A stretch of 64,000 nt of DNA from Eledone cirrhosa. Its lineage: Eukaryota. The position numbers and the translations under genes were made by a program. Under the pieces are notes generated by a model. That model ran no database searches and was not told the origin of the DNA. It saw nothing but the letters and a program-made list of their open reading frames with translations. Positions 13,431 to 28,395 of the stretch are shown piece after piece (within the stretch, counting starts at the first letter, position 1; each line of letters starts with the position of its first letter). The DNA is taken from contig OZ024746.1 in NCBI GenBank assembly GCA_964016885.1, forward strand, positions 54,064,001 through 54,128,000, given 5' to 3'.

Positions 13431-13889
13431 GTTGAGGAAAAAGAGGAGGAGAGGAAGGGAGTACAAACTCTTCGTACTCCTGGAGATGAGGGTTGCACAT
13501 TTTTATTTCGGGGGTATGTGTTACCCATATGTAATGTCTCCCCCTATTGGGGAAAATCGATTAATTTTTAAATTGCATTTGTGATAATATTTTACACGTT
13601 TTTATTGTATGTAAACTTCCCCCTTTGTATTTGTCCCCTTCTTTTGTGCCCCTGTGGCTAATAAAGAAACATATCTATCTATATATCTATGTACGTATGT
13701 ATATTTGTATGTACGTATGTATGGATCGAAAATGAAGTCTTATTACATATCTGTTTGTGCATCTTAGTTGCATTCTATATAACTAGCGATGCAACGTTGA
13801 TCGTCACACGTAGTAACAGACTCATACAAGCCCTATGTGCATTTCAGCACCTGCGCTGTTGTGACATCTAAACTTAGACTTTAGAATTT

Positions 13890-14350
13890 ATTTGAAGGCC
13901 AATGTTTACTAAGCTGTTACATAGGGGTGAAACTCGGACGCTCTATAGGAAATGATGTATATTGCAAGCCATCCTGTGTCTTGCAATCTACTTCATTTCA
14001 GCTCTCCTTAAAATAATTTGGAAGGTAAAAATTCCTAGTTCTGTATTTCTCAGATAGGAGCAATCAATTAGAGTGAAAGCAAATGATCATGCACGGCATT
14101 CCTAGGAAGTACTAGGAAGACGAACTGAATCGCACCCTTCTCGTCAGAAACTTAGGCGGAGAAGAGCTGCCAGAGATGAGCTAAATATATTGGAAGCCGA
14201 ATGCATCAGACACCAGAATAACCGAGGTGAAGCCCATCACCATTGCCAGGGTCGATTACTCAGTGGTAACAATGTGATTTTTCATCCATGTCCATCTTGT
14301 CCCCAGGGTTCATCAAGGATGTGGTCACTGCACTTGACGAAGTAAAGTAA
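13890..14350 (+). mobile_element. Highly decayed RTE-like LINE fragment
   Basis: Translates in part to LLHRGETRTLYR and LLKIIWKVKIP, resembling the RTE LLYGxETWTL and LxIxWxDKIPN motifs. Confidence 0.4.
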
Positions 14351-15329
14351 AGTTATCAAGGAATTGACCGACAACCAACCAGTACATCTATATTATTTTC
14401 TCAATGTTTTTATGTACTTTGTCGTACCAGAGCACTTCACCATAAAGAAACTGAAACTGGATGTCTAATGGTTTGCATATATTATAGTTATGTTAAATTC
14501 ATAGGCTTCCCAATAATAAAGATCGTATTACTGTTTATAGTACATATATCTCTTTATTTAATTTAATTATTTCCTTAGTCTAAAAATATAATATATAGAA
14601 ATTCTACTTGTGTGTGTATGTATATATGACAATAAACAGGAAGATGTGTAAATATGAAAATACACTCTTGACAGGTGCAATGTGTCAGAACACAGAAGAG
14701 CCGAACTCCCACCGTCATCACCACCATCTCTCTCGTACCCCCCCCCCATCTCTCTCGCCCTTCCCATCTCTCTGTATAGTGAGAAAATGGGGTTCCATGT
14801 GCTGGCCGCCCCACAGCCCCGGCGGACAGAATGGAGAAGGCGTTTCCCTGGAGGATGGTAGGGAGATGTGTTGGCAAAATCACTCCTTGTATCATTAGTT
14901 TGAAAATCCCGCCAAGGTTAACTTTGCCTTGCATCCTTACGGGGTCGATAAAATAAAGTACTAGTAATACACTGGGTAATTGCTGGCTTGTGCCAAAAGT
15001 AGAAACAATTATTTTGAAATTATACTTAGGGGCGATCAAAAGCTGCTTATTTTAGATGGGGTTACATAACACACCAAGACACCAACGAATTTGGAGGAGT
15101 AATCGAAATTAAAGGAACATTGCTCTCTCAGTTCTCTGCTACCCAACCCATACAGCTGAAAGACTTTTCAGCTTTCAGAGAAAATGTAAAGAGCTGCGTG
15201 GAGAATTGGAAAGTTGTTATATGACCGTCGTGCTTGCTTTGTGGCTACATGTAGAAGAAGATTTGTATTCCATAGATCTTAATTTAGTTAACCATTACTT
15301 TAATCTATCAACAGTACCCTCCTTGAAGA

Positions 15330-15770
15330 AACTCTCATTGTTGACATTACACATATTTCTCTATTTCTGGTACACATTTGTCTTTCTTAGAAATCATTCT
15401 AAGAGATCCTATCATTATTGGTATAACATGTATCTTCTTTGGTGACCAGATAATTGCATCTCTCCGTCGAAATCCTGTTAATTCTCAATCTTATCTTTTT
15501 TCCTTGATCAACATTCTTGTCATAGCAGGTATTGCAATGTCAATTAGGCTGCATTATCGCGATAATCTGTCTACTACAGCGCAATATAAGGTCTGCTATT
15601 TTCTGTAATATGACTGCATTAGCTGGAGAAATCCTAAAAGCTTTCCATGTCCTTAGAAAAGATTTGACCGAAGATATGATATGCCAACCAATTCTATGTC
15701 GTTCCTAATATATTCTTTCCACATAATTTCCAGTCATAATTCCACGTGGAGAATTTTAGAAGATATTACA
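15330..15770 (-). pseudogene. Second decayed RLE-type LINE fragment
   Basis: Minus-strand translation gives CSLIDIAIPA and HVIPIMIGSL, matching the RLE motifs of the 6794-7500 fragment. Confidence 0.55.
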
Positions 15771-16095
15771 ATAATGCCTTATGAGGCGGTGAGTTGGCAG
15801 AATGGTTGTAACACCGGTTAGAATGTTTCACATTATACGCTCTGCTCGAAGTTGAAATCCAGCCGCGGTCAACTTTGCCGTTCATTCTTACGAGATTGAT
15901 AACTAAAGTTCCAGTTCAACACTGGGCTAAATTCTTCGTCTTTCTCCTCTTCTCTCATTCGCTAGCTTTCTCTGTTGAAAGTGGCTGGAGAGATATGGCT
16001 TTCACAAAAATTAAAATCTACCACGACAGCGCCTTTACGACTACATCATCAATTCCCGAGTTACCATTCTTTAATACACACGCATGTACCCCTCC

Positions 16096-16159
<64 letters not shown>

Positions 16160-16160
<1 letters not shown>

Positions 16161-16309
16161 CGAACGAGGTGTGGTAAGGAACCAGATGGATCATAACGCA
16201 CCAGAGTACTCAATACTTAGGGTAGTAGAGTGGGTAATAGGAAAACGTTTAACCCCGACGGCAGAGCTCAAGCCGATTCGACGGCTTGAGTTCTGCCGTC
16301 GGGGTTAAA
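16160..16309. mobile_element. Short interspersed element ending in a hairpin (copies at ~25520-25640 and ~40040-40225)
   Basis: Shared ggtaaggaaccagatgga..gcaccag.gtactcaatacttagggtagtagagtgggtaatag; hairpin GTTTAACCCCGACGGCAGAGCTCAAGCCG / CGGCTTGAGTTCTGCCGTCGGGGTTAAAC. All copies abut (TA)n. Confidence 0.65.
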
Positions 16310-17099
16310 CAATGTGGTACAAAAATACGAAGGGCAAAAGATGAGAAAAGGAGCAATACAAAACAAACAAAAAAAAGGTAATGTTCTATCCGGTGTATTT
16401 CAAAATGATATTTCAGAGCTAATACCCTCTTTTCAGATGCAAAGTTCAAACAATCCAAGACGAAACAAACGAGCGATCAGAGATTTCGTCCTTAACTACT
16501 CCGTGTTTGAAAGACACCTGCGCATGCGCAGGGTTTCTACAGTAACCATTCTATTTCGTACCTATTATTTATCTCTGGTTTTATTCAGCTGATGAAAATG
16601 GCTTACTTAATCCTTAAATTTCCAATATTCTTTGCTGTCGCCTCCATGGTAAACTCAATTACTTAGTTGCGGAATCTGCCATGATGTTTGTATAACGGAA
16701 GCGGCTCCTTGATCCGTATTTCTTGATCCGTATATGTAGCCTACTTATGGTACTTCCGATGTATGAGGACCTACATATTTGGCAGGTGATCTTATAGAGT
16801 ACATTACTGCATTGTTGAAAGGACAATTAGAGAGTGTGCATATGATGTTGTATGCAGGTTGGTGCTAGTAGCGATCCCGTGCATGCGCGTGCGTTTTGCA
16901 AACACATAGACAGGTTAGGTAAGAAAATTCTGATCGGTCGTTTGATTTGTCTTGGACTGTGTCTTGTTTCAACTTCGCATCTGAAAAGAGGGTATGGGCC
17001 CTGAAATATCATGGTAAAATATACTGGGTAAAACATTTCTTTGTTTTGTTTTGTTTTATTTGTTATCATTTTCCCTTCGTATTTTTTCTACCACATTGT
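16309..17099. mobile_element. MITE-like element with ~220-bp imperfect terminal inverted repeats
   Basis: Ends ACAATGTGGTA...TACCACATTGT; 16309-16535 is an inverted match to 16875-17099 (both translate FASEKRV on opposite strands). Confidence 0.7.
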
Positions 17100-17129
17100 A
17101 CCAACTTTAACAAACTCATCGGTCTTTTA

Positions 17130-17232
<103 letters not shown>

Positions 17233-17249
17233 AATATGTATGAGTGTGA

Positions 17250-17570
17250 AGTCGTGCGGCCTTGTTGTTAGGAAATTCGTCTCACGATCGTAAGGTCGTG
17301 AGTTCGATTCCCAGTGGCGCGCTGCATCCCCGAGAAAGACTCTTTATTTCACGTTGCTCCAGTTCACTCAGCTAGCAAAAATGAGTTGTACGTGTAATTC
17401 GAAGGGTCAGCCTTGTCACATTATGTGTCACCCTGAATCTCCCAGAGAACTGCGTTAAGGGTACACGTATTTGTGGAATGTTCAGTCAACTTGCACGTTA
17501 ATTTCACGATGAGGCTGTTCCCTTGATCGGATCAGCTGGAACACTCATCTTCGTAACCGACGAAGTGTCT
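17250..17570 (+). mobile_element. tRNA-derived SINE family 2 (also 53908-54192; partial minus-strand copies at ~27830-27945 and ~49320-49440)
   Basis: B-box GAGTTCGATTCCC; body ...cactcagct..aaaaatgag..ctgaatctccc..acttgcacgttaatttca..gtaaccgacg shared among copies. Confidence 0.75.
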
Positions 17571-18069
17571 TATCATGTATGTATATATGTATGTATATGA
17601 TTTGCTTTTACACACACCATGGCCATCCACCCAACCTAAAACAAACTCTTCATACATTTTTTATGCGCTATTCACCTTTATTTTTATACATTTATTAAGT
17701 TATCTTCCCCTGAATTCTCCAGGTGTCATATTTTTTCCACTTCTATCCTAACAATTCTACATTTTCCTAATCTCATCTAACAGCAGTTGTACATTATTTC
17801 GCATGTAAATTCCCCCACTCGCTACCCTCATTATTCACAATTGAATTAATTTTCTCCCCTCGTCTTCATTGGAGAAATGCACACACACACACCCACATGC
17901 ACTCACACACATACAGACATAACACGCAGAAACATCCCGACTCCACCATATCCCCACCCATACATGCACTCACACATGCACACATAACACGCACAAACAC
18001 CCAACACACCACCATACCCCCACCCCACGAACCAACACATTCACACATGCATATATAACACACACACGA

Positions 18070-18121
<52 letters not shown>

Positions 18122-18137
18122 GTATATATATATACAC

Positions 18138-18186
<49 letters not shown>

Positions 18187-18289
18187 CATAAGTACATACA
18201 TTCCTAAAGGCGCCGTCGTGGTAGATTTAAGCCTTGGTGAAGCCCGTATCTTTCCAACCGCTTTCAACATAGAGTGAAAACACACACAC

Positions 18290-18332
<43 letters not shown>

Positions 18333-18471
18333 TATATATATATATATGTATGTATATATATATATGTATAAATATATATATATATATGTATGTATAAATA
18401 TATATATATATATGTGTATGTATAAATATATATATATATGTATGTATAAATATATATATATATATATGTGC

Positions 18472-18522
<51 letters not shown>

Positions 18523-18982
18523 AATGTATATATATGTATAAATATATATATATATGTATATGTATAAATATATATATGTGTATGTATAAATATATATATA
18601 TATATGTATGTATAAATATATATATATATATGTATGTATAAATATATATATATATATGTGTGTGTTGTGTGTATACATACACACACGCACACACACATAT
18701 ATATAGTGATTAATCTATAGCAGTGGCTACAGCTTATGCAGGTTTTTACTGTCTAAACGGCGAATCCATTTTCTATACTATTTTATTATTCCTCTACTAA
18801 AAGTCATGTGTAATATGTTCCATATGTTTACTATTAGTGGAGTTGTGCTCTTTTTATTCAACTTATTTAAAGCACTAAATTGTGGCCTTGTGCCAACATT
18901 ACACGTCGTACTTCTTCTTTGTTCCACTTCCACCTCATCCTCCTCCCCCTCATCATCAACATCATCATCATCATGCTCGTGA

Positions 18983-19260
18983 TCTTCTTCTTCTTCTTCT
19001 TCTTCTTCTTCTTGAGAGGGTCTTGGGGGCCGAGTCCTCAAACACGCCTTCCAGCGGGTCCGCTCAGAAGCAACCATCTTCAACTGATCCGTCTGGGTCT
19101 CCAAGCCAGACCAGCCAAGATCATGGATTTTATCCAACCATCTTGCTCGTTTTTTTACCCCCTGTTGGATTTACTGATTCTCAAATTTCAGACATAATCT
19201 AAATTTTTTGCTTCTTCTTGAGTCTTAATTATTGAGTTCTTCGTTTTTGCATTTGTTGGT
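18983..19260 (-). mobile_element. 3' end of an RTE-clade LINE with (GAA)n tail
   Basis: Minus translation GGKKRARWLDKI...ASERTRWKACL resembles the RTE C-terminus; followed by a (GAA)n tract. Confidence 0.55.
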
Positions 19261-19614
19261 GTTCGGAAAAGATATTGAATTAAGTTAAAAATATCGCCGG
19301 GGTCAAATTTACCTTTCATCTACCCACTTCCATGATCGATAAAATGAATTTCTAATAGAATTCTCAGTCACTGCAATAGTATCTGATGCTATCGACCGAT
19401 CAGAATACCTGGTAGAATGAAGCTGGATTTGATCTCAGAACGAACGATCCAGATCAAATACGGTAAATTATCCCGACCGAAATTTTAACATTTCAGCCAA
19501 TCCATTGCCCCTGGCCTGATAATTGATTTGTCGAATAGAAAAGGATGAAAAGCAAAGTTGAATACAGCGGGCTATGAAATCAAGCTCTGCAAAGTCGCAC
19601 ATATTTTCTTATTT

Positions 19615-19780
19615 ATTGGCAGTATCGGTAGAAAGTCGGACGCCATGCTTTGAAGCATGGTCTGAGCTCAAATCCTGCCGAGGTTCACTTTGTCTTTCAT
19701 CCTTATAGGGTCGATAAAATAAAGTACAGGTAATGAACTGGGATAATTGCTGGCCTTGTGCCAAAAGTAGAAACAATTGT
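19615..19780 (+). mobile_element. tRNA-derived SINE family 1 copy
   Basis: Matches family 1 consensus (see 22089). Confidence 0.8.
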
Positions 19781-20867
19781 TTTCTTATTTATTTGAAAAT
19801 AATAAGCAGTATCTTTAATATTTTATTGTAAAAATTTCAAGTGTCCTTTGTAGTAATGAACACGGAAAAGAAATGGAAACGCAAGGGCTGTAGGCTCACA
19901 GAAGAACGGGATGGGGAAGGGGGATATTGATGGGCTCTAGGGCTAGGGCGTGACGGTGTTAGGGCTTCGCCCCGCTGGCATGACCACAAAAGCATTCCTG
20001 TGGACAATGGCCAGGGACACCCACTGGAACAGACACCCCATCACGCAGGGCTGCTCAGACGGGCTGCTGACGTTCCGATCTTGCAAAAGAGCTCGACAGT
20101 AGGGTTTCTAAGTACGCCTGAGTTCTCGACGGCGACTGGTGTGAAGAGGAAGCGGTCGGATAATCCTTGGTATTTGTTTGTCTTCCTTTCCTCTGCATGG
20201 AATGACAAAATGGCTAGCATACTAACAGCAGAGCGCGATTTGATGGCAATTTGACTGCATCTTCATACAGACTAAACGACAATGTCCTCGTCGTCGTCGT
20301 AGTAGTAGTTGTAGTATAGTAGTACAAACTGTTTTAGCTGCAATTTCTAGCAGGCTAAGCGACCATGTTGAGGCTCCATGTATTAGCTCAAAACAAGGAG
20401 TGATTTGAAGGACATTTTAGCTGCACCTTCTATCATGACGAACAGTCCCGAATGTAAACAGTCCTTGTTTTAGCTCATAGCAACAACAGGGACTTATTTG
20501 AGGAAGCTGTGTCTGCGCTTTTTAGTAGGCAAATAAAAACGTAGTTGCTTGTAAATTTAGCTTATCGCAAGACCAGTGATTTAAGAGAGATTTGGCTGCT
20601 GCTTTTGGTTGATCAAACACCTATAGAAAAGCTCATTACGCCCACCCCTTCTTATATCTTCTTATGTCCATCTAAGAAATACATTTTTCTATTAAACCGA
20701 TAATGACCATGTTAGAAGCGATAATACTAAAGAGATTATGTGTGAATATTGACCCGAGGAGAATAAATGGTGTGGGGGAGGAATAGATTAGTGAGAGGCA
20801 TAGTGGGAGGAGAGAAGACAATGAAATATAATAGGGATTAAACATAGAGAAGATTATGCCATGATAT

Positions 20868-20962
<95 letters not shown>

Positions 20963-21011
20963 CTCGATTACATATGCATTCACTCCTGCAGAGACATATA
21001 TAATACAAAAT

Positions 21012-21012
21012 A

Positions 21013-21093
<81 letters not shown>
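21012..21093. repeat. (TAC)n microsatellite (also 42492-42592)
   Basis: Direct reading. Confidence 0.95.
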
Positions 21094-22088
21094 ACGGGTT
21101 CAAATATGCATGTGCAGATCAACGGTATCTATTCAAAGAACTTTGAATTTTTAGAAAAAAAAGCAACCAATTAATCTCAAATTACTGTTTAACACCATTA
21201 AATTGTATTGGAAAGCATAGATGTATAAAAAGGCTACAGTAGAAAACGTGTGTCCAAGATTCCACGCAGTATATCTGAACGATAAACCACCTGGTTACGA
21301 AGAAAGCTTCTTAAACTCACATCCATACCAGGTTAGCTTGTCTGAAATGGTTGCACATTAATCGGAGCTTAAATTTAGTGTTATGTGTACGAAATGTTGC
21401 TAAACTAAAACTGGTACTCATGGTCATTGCATAGTTACATTTTTTAAACGTGTCTAAGTTATTAACCATTTATTATTTTTTTTTTTACCACGGGAAATCA
21501 TTACTCCATCATCTCTATAAAGCCCGAGGCCTAGATTGTAGATGTTTTCCTTACGGCGTCTTTAAAACAAATTGAAAATATTTTGGCCCACTTTGTCATT
21601 AAATCGGAAAGGTTATTTAAAAACAGTATTTATACAGATTAGCAGAGCATGAAGTATTATTTAAAACACAGAAAATATACGTGTACTTCCTTCTTTTGTT
21701 AATATAATGGAACAAATCTATGATTAAGAAACATGCGGTTAGTGCTTTTTTGCAAGTATTTCATTAGATTAGTTGTTTCAAACTTCATTACTAATTTTAA
21801 CTACCATTTTCTTCATTTTGAAATAGAATTTTTCTATTTCACGGTGCAGCTAATGAAAACTTGTAGCACATCGGGATGGGTTGGTGGTGGTGGTATGTGT
21901 ATGTGTGGGGGTCGGGGGCCGAAGTGCCCAATTTGGGAACCAATGGTTTTGAGAATTATATTTTGTCAAGAATGAGCCTAGGAAAAATATTCTTATTACA
22001 TTTCAGCTCCATCGAAACATGATTGACAAAAATTGCAGTGCTTCTGCGTTTAATCCAGAATGTGCCATCATTGTAAAAAGTTATGAGT

Positions 22089-22278
22089 GGGCGGTGGATT
22101 GGCAGTATCGATAGAGGGTTGGACGCCATGCTTTCCAGCATAGTTACGTCCCTTTGCGGTCTGAGTTCAAATCCCGCCGACGTTAACTTTGCCTTTCATC
22201 CTTACGGGGTCGATAAAATAAAGTACCAGTAATGTACTGGGTAATTGATGGCCTTGTGCCAAAAGTAGAAACAATTAT
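22089..22278 (+). mobile_element. tRNA-derived SINE family 1, full-length ~190 bp
   Basis: GGCGGTGGATTGGCAGTATCG (A-box-like), GAGTTCAAATCCC (B box), core TTTGCCTTTCATCCTTACGGGGTCGATAAAATAAAGTACCAG, tail GGCCTTGTGCCAAAAGTAGAAACAATTAT; more than 14 copies in the window. Confidence 0.88.
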
Positions 22279-22664
22279 ATATCTTATGAGTGTAGGCTAA
22301 ATATTTCTATTCTTTTGTTAATTAAGTTGTATGAATTTTGGCTTCTTGTTAAATATGTTTTCGTAATCTATCTGGAAAGATATTGTATAAATGATAACCA
22401 TCTCGTAAAATCCTTTTGTTTTCTGAATGGAGACTTGTGCTTATCATTCTGTCCATTATTATGATTTAACATACGGACTATCTCTCCTTCATTTGCACGT
22501 CTTTATATCTATCTTTTATGCGTTTCTGTTTAAGATTCTTTTGTATCATATTATGTAGGTGTTTCCTTTTGAAAATGCTATACTCTCAAATACTTGTATG
22601 TATTGAGAGCTCAATCAGTTAATGTTTGACTGTCGTTATATATGCCCAGAAAGAAAAGAAGTAC

Positions 22665-22733
<69 letters not shown>

Positions 22734-22757
22734 GTATATATACACATATATATATAC

Positions 22758-22788
<31 letters not shown>

Positions 22789-22809
22789 CATATAAATATA
22801 TATAATATG

Positions 22810-23208
22810 TAAGATCAAAAGATGGTTAAATGAGTTCCATGTATTTTATTATGCGCATTTCAAAAACAAATATCATAATGCAATAACATTTGTGTTTTCA
22901 TCAGATAAAATAGGAGGACATGATATGAAGGTTAAAAAACACTTGTGGATAGTGCAGTTTTAAATCAATAACTGCACTATCCACAAGTGTTTTTTAACCT
23001 TCATATCATGTCCTCCTATTTTATCTGATGAAAACACAAATGTTATTGCATGATGATATTTGTTTTTGAAATGCGCATAATAAAATACATGGAACTCATT
23101 TAACCATCTTTTGATCTTATATATTATGTATACTCCAGTCCTACAAACTGTAGAGTGCTTCTTATCCGATATCTGCATTGCTTTATTGTACTACAATAAA
23201 ACTCACCT

Positions 23209-23210
<2 letters not shown>
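22810..23210. mobile_element. Fold-back HHR element family C copy 2 (HHRs 22844-22910 minus, 23019-23085 plus)
   Basis: Same arms and tail as 2292-2696; in (TA)n. Confidence 0.85.
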
Positions 23211-23286
<76 letters not shown>

Positions 23287-23338
23287 TATATAAATGAAAG
23301 GTCTAGAAAATATTGTAGCAAAAAGCCAACAGTATTCC

Positions 23339-23416
<78 letters not shown>

Positions 23417-23747
23417 TGTATCTGTATATATATATATTAGTAAAAAGGAAAAGAAAATACTGACAGATCTTTTACAATGAAAAATAGTTTAATTAGGAAT
23501 AAGTATAAATTAGTAATAAGTAATTGTTAGTATTCAATGTTAGTTTTAAGTTTTTTACCGGTTGTGCATTTCAAATGGTTTTCAAAAATAATTTTGAGAT
23601 AGAGCGTTCGTGATTTAGTTGGTTGTTGAATGTCACGTGAATAAGCACTATACTTTTTATATATATATATATACATATATATATATACATATATGTATAT
23701 ATATATATATATACACATATATATATGTATACACATACACACACACA

Positions 23748-23879
<132 letters not shown>

Positions 23880-24319
23880 AATATATATATAAAACAGGAT
23901 GCAGATTTTGAATCACACCACATCTGTTCTTTAACGTGGTAACGTTGTAACACATTACTTATTATATTTTTATTCCTTCACTTGCTCTAATTCGATAAAG
24001 GTTTTAGCCAGAAAACACAGATCCTGTTCTTTCGTTTTTATTCGGCGTAAATATTTTCATTGTACATACAGGCTGTACGACTGTATACATACACTTTATC
24101 CGTAGCGTGTCTTTTTTTTTTACACATTTTGTTTATTTTGCATTAAACAATTACACTGTTCAATCGTCTTTACCTGACACGGTTTGTGTAATATTTACTT
24201 CTCTCACACACACACTCTCTGTCTGTCTCTACTTCCTTCTCTCTGTATATATATTTACACACACACACACACTCATACGCACACAAATACACACATACAC
24301 ACATACATACACATCTATC

Positions 24320-24444
<125 letters not shown>

Positions 24445-24970
24445 TTATATTTATCTATATCTATCTATCTATTTATATCTATATGTATATGTATATCTAT
24501 ATCTATATATATCTATATATAAATATCGCTAAAACAATTTCTATACCTTTCATTTATATATAAATATATATATATAGAGAGAGAGAGGGGGGGGAGAGAG
24601 AGAGAGGGAGAAAGAGAGAGTGAGAGTGATTTGTAACAATCGAAGGCTCTCTCGCACTTCCTCATTCTAAAAATATTACTCTTTTTCTCTGTCTAATATT
24701 CACAATCTATGTTTGCAATCTCTCTCATCCTCCACTCCCAGTTTTGCCTCAACCTGATTTTTCAACTCTCTCTCTTCCCTTCACCTCCCACACTACATCC
24801 TGTCGAAACCGAAACTGAAAACATTTTCCTTATCCTCTTTAACCCAAATGATAATCCATAATCTTTACATCCGCCATTTACCTAACACTCAAACACACAC
24901 ACACACACATATATATACACACATACACACATACATACACACACGCATACATAGACACACACACATACAT

Positions 24971-25036
<66 letters not shown>

Positions 25037-25425
25037 ACATACACACATATACACATACACATACATACACATACAGACACACATACACATACACATACAC
25101 ACATATACACACACATACACGCACACGCATACACACATACACACATACACACAACTATATATATATATAACTGAAAGCATATTCCTTATCTTCTTTATCT
25201 CAATATGATAATCCGTAATCTTTGTATCCGCCACTAACCTGACGCACACACACATGCACTCTGACACACAGACACACGCACTCACTTACGCACTCAGACA
25301 CAAAATCACACATGTGCACATACAGATGCATGCGCGCATGTACTCACACAGACATGATATATATCTATATAGGTGCATATTTATGTAAGCACAAATATAT
25401 TGGTTGCTCCTTCATTACATACTGT

Positions 25426-25497
<72 letters not shown>

Positions 25498-25669
25498 GTA
25501 TATATATGTATAAAAAAGAAAGTATGGTAAGATACCAGGTGGACCATGACGCACCATAGTACTCAATACTTAGGCTAGTAAAGTGGGTAATAGAAAAAGA
25601 GTCAGGACCCCGACGGCAAAGCCCCATCCGTTTCGACAGCTAGATCATTTACATATATATATATATATA

Positions 25670-25731
<62 letters not shown>

Positions 25732-25955
25732 TATAATGAATAGATATAATATATATACATTTTTATTGAGAACAAAAAAAAAGTACCCCCATACATAGAG
25801 AATGCCTTGCTGTAACAGTCATTGGTGTAGTAAATCGTGGGAATTTCAAATGCCTACCCCAATTATATACTGACGAAATGATGTGCCAGTCCATCAATTG
25901 TCTGAAATTCACTGATTACCTGTATTGTGGAGAGAATGTATTATATCGAATTCAA

Positions 25956-26200
25956 GGGCGGTGGATTGGTATTATCGGTAGAGGGCGGTGGATTGGCAGT
26001 ATCAGTAGAGAGTCGGACGCCATGCTTTCCAGCATGGTTACGTCCCTTTACGGTCTGAGTTCAAATCCCGCCGAGGTTAACTTTGCCTTTCATCCTTACG
26101 TGGTCGATAAAATAAAGCACCAGTAACGTACTGGGGTCGATTTAATCGACTTTTTCGTCCCCCCCAAATTACTGGCCTTGTGCCTATACTAGAAATCATT
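25956..26200 (+). mobile_element. SINE family 1 copy with duplicated 5' head
   Basis: gggcggtggattgg occurs twice; B box and core present. Confidence 0.85.
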
Positions 26201-26505
26201 ATATCGAATTCAGAGACTAGCGCTCTTGTCATTATGATCTCAGACTATCTTTCAAAATTCTCGTCAAACATATACGCATTTGAAAATGGATGACTTAACA
26301 CGTGTTCTTTTGCTTTTCCCTCACCAAATCTTATCCATTTATTCCTCTTCTAAATGTTCTCTATCTTTCTATTTCTTATTTTATATCTCATTCTATTTTC
26401 TGAAGAAGGACTGGAGACCGAAAGTTTATTACACGTTTTCTAGATAGTATTTATCTGCAATGTATTGTATCATCTTGCTGTGCTGTTTTTCGTTTATTTT
26501 TCGCG

Positions 26506-26623
<118 letters not shown>

Positions 26624-26757
26624 CAAACACACACACATAAATATATATTTATACATACATACGTATATATGTATATATATACCTCGGCAAACATTTTTTC
26701 ACCTCCAAAATGATATTGCAAACATTGCAAACATCGCACGATTGCACACATGTTAGA

Positions 26758-26864
<107 letters not shown>

Positions 26865-27605
26865 CATGCGTGTGTGTGTGTATAGTTGATAAATGAAACC
26901 GATCAAATCAAACACAAGAATGCAAAAATACACAGTAAGGTGCCAAAAATATAGAGGTTATTTAAATGATTCAATATTTCATATTCAGTTGTATATTATT
27001 GTATATAATTACCAACAGGAAAAGGGACACAATGAAAGAAAAGATGGAAAGAGTAAAACATATAACGCTTGGAAAAATGGGAGGTAGTATACTATCAACT
27101 CTATTGTCTTGGCTGGACGCTGTGCGGGACTTACCACTTAGGTGTGCTTAAGCCCAGGGGCACGTTGGCCAGGGGGAAGGGACCTATCTTCCTGCCAAAA
27201 AAGAATTTTACGATGAATTTTTCAAATGTTTGAGGCCTCATAACTTTATTAGCACATGGCTTCATTTCTCCTAAATCCGGCACTGGCTGGACGGTACATC
27301 TGAGCTCCGTGGACAGGAAGGTGAAAGCATTGGCCCGGAGGAGATTCAATGATACTCACTGTATCAGCCATTTCACCCCAGGATGAAATGCCTTCCACCC
27401 GGGAGAGCCTTCCTCACGGGGAATTGCCTTCCTCCCGGTATGGCGGGGGAAAATTCTAGTCCGAAGACACAAAATCCTGAATGTCTCATTGGCAACCAGC
27501 ACAAAAATTGTGAAGGAATCGATGGAAATTTATCGGTTTCGGCGAGGTGCGTTCCAATTCTTCTACTAATGGAACTGATACCTCATATAATTAAAGTGTG
27601 CGTAA

Positions 27606-27825
27606 GGGCGGTGGATTGGCAGTATCGGTAGAGAGTCGGACACCATGCTTTGCAGCATAGTGTTACCGTCCTTTATGATCTGAGTTCAAATCCGGCCGAG
27701 GTAAACTTTGCCTTTCATCCTTACGAGGTCGATAATATAAAGTACCAGTAACGTACTGGTGTCGATTTAATCGACTTTCCCCTCCCTACAGATTGCTGGA
27801 CTTGTGCCTATATTAGAAATCATAA
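27606..27825 (+). mobile_element. SINE family 1 copy
   Basis: Consensus match. Confidence 0.85.
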
Positions 27826-28395
27826 TTAAAGTGTACGTGGTTGAGAATTCCACAGACACGAGTACGCTTAACGTTACCCAAAACGAGATTCGGCGTGTCA
27901 CCTCACCACATAACAAAGCTGGCCCTTTAAATCACAGGTACATTCCATCCAACGAGATTCCAAACACTTCCTGACTACCCAAATTTCTATCACAAGGCAT
28001 GGGTCGATGCGAAATTGCCCGAGATGTCACGCCGTAGGATCGAACTCGGTAGCTTATGATTGCGAAACGTGCTTTTTAATCATTCGGCCATACAAATTTT
28101 CATTCTAAAATATATGGATCATTAATATCACACGATGATTATATAAGAGGAAACGATTATGCAAAAAAATTAATGTTAATTATTAGAAAATATTTCTTTC
28201 TATTTCTGGAAGATATTCTAGCGGCAGCTGTTCCCATATTTTCGTTGTTGCTGATTCTAAAGAGTATATAGTGGTGTTGTTGTTGTTGGTGGTGGTGGAG
28301 ATTTATATATATATATATCTAGATAATGTAAGATATAGTATTATATAATATATAATTATATATCTATATATGTATAAATATATAAGTATTCATAT

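Larger units (their letters stand above)
8415..13670 (+). mobile_element. Near-full-length Tx1/L1-clade non-LTR retrotransposon (degenerate)
   Basis: ORF1 with CCHC knuckle, ORF2 with APE-RT-zinc finger, 3' UTR ending in AATAAA at ~13660; (TATC)n on both sides. Confidence 0.92.

Noticed and set aside
19910-20280. GC-richer island with an 84-aa ORF
   Set aside because: No motif recognised; probably a decayed retroelement fragment, but this is not supportable.
22089-22180. tRNA genes at the SINE heads
   Set aside because: A/B boxes are present but there is no complete cloverleaf, and they are always fused to the same core and tail, so these are SINEs.
27089-27580. DNA-transposon-like segment with ggga..cttcct repeats
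   Set aside because: No clear TIR pair or TSD found.
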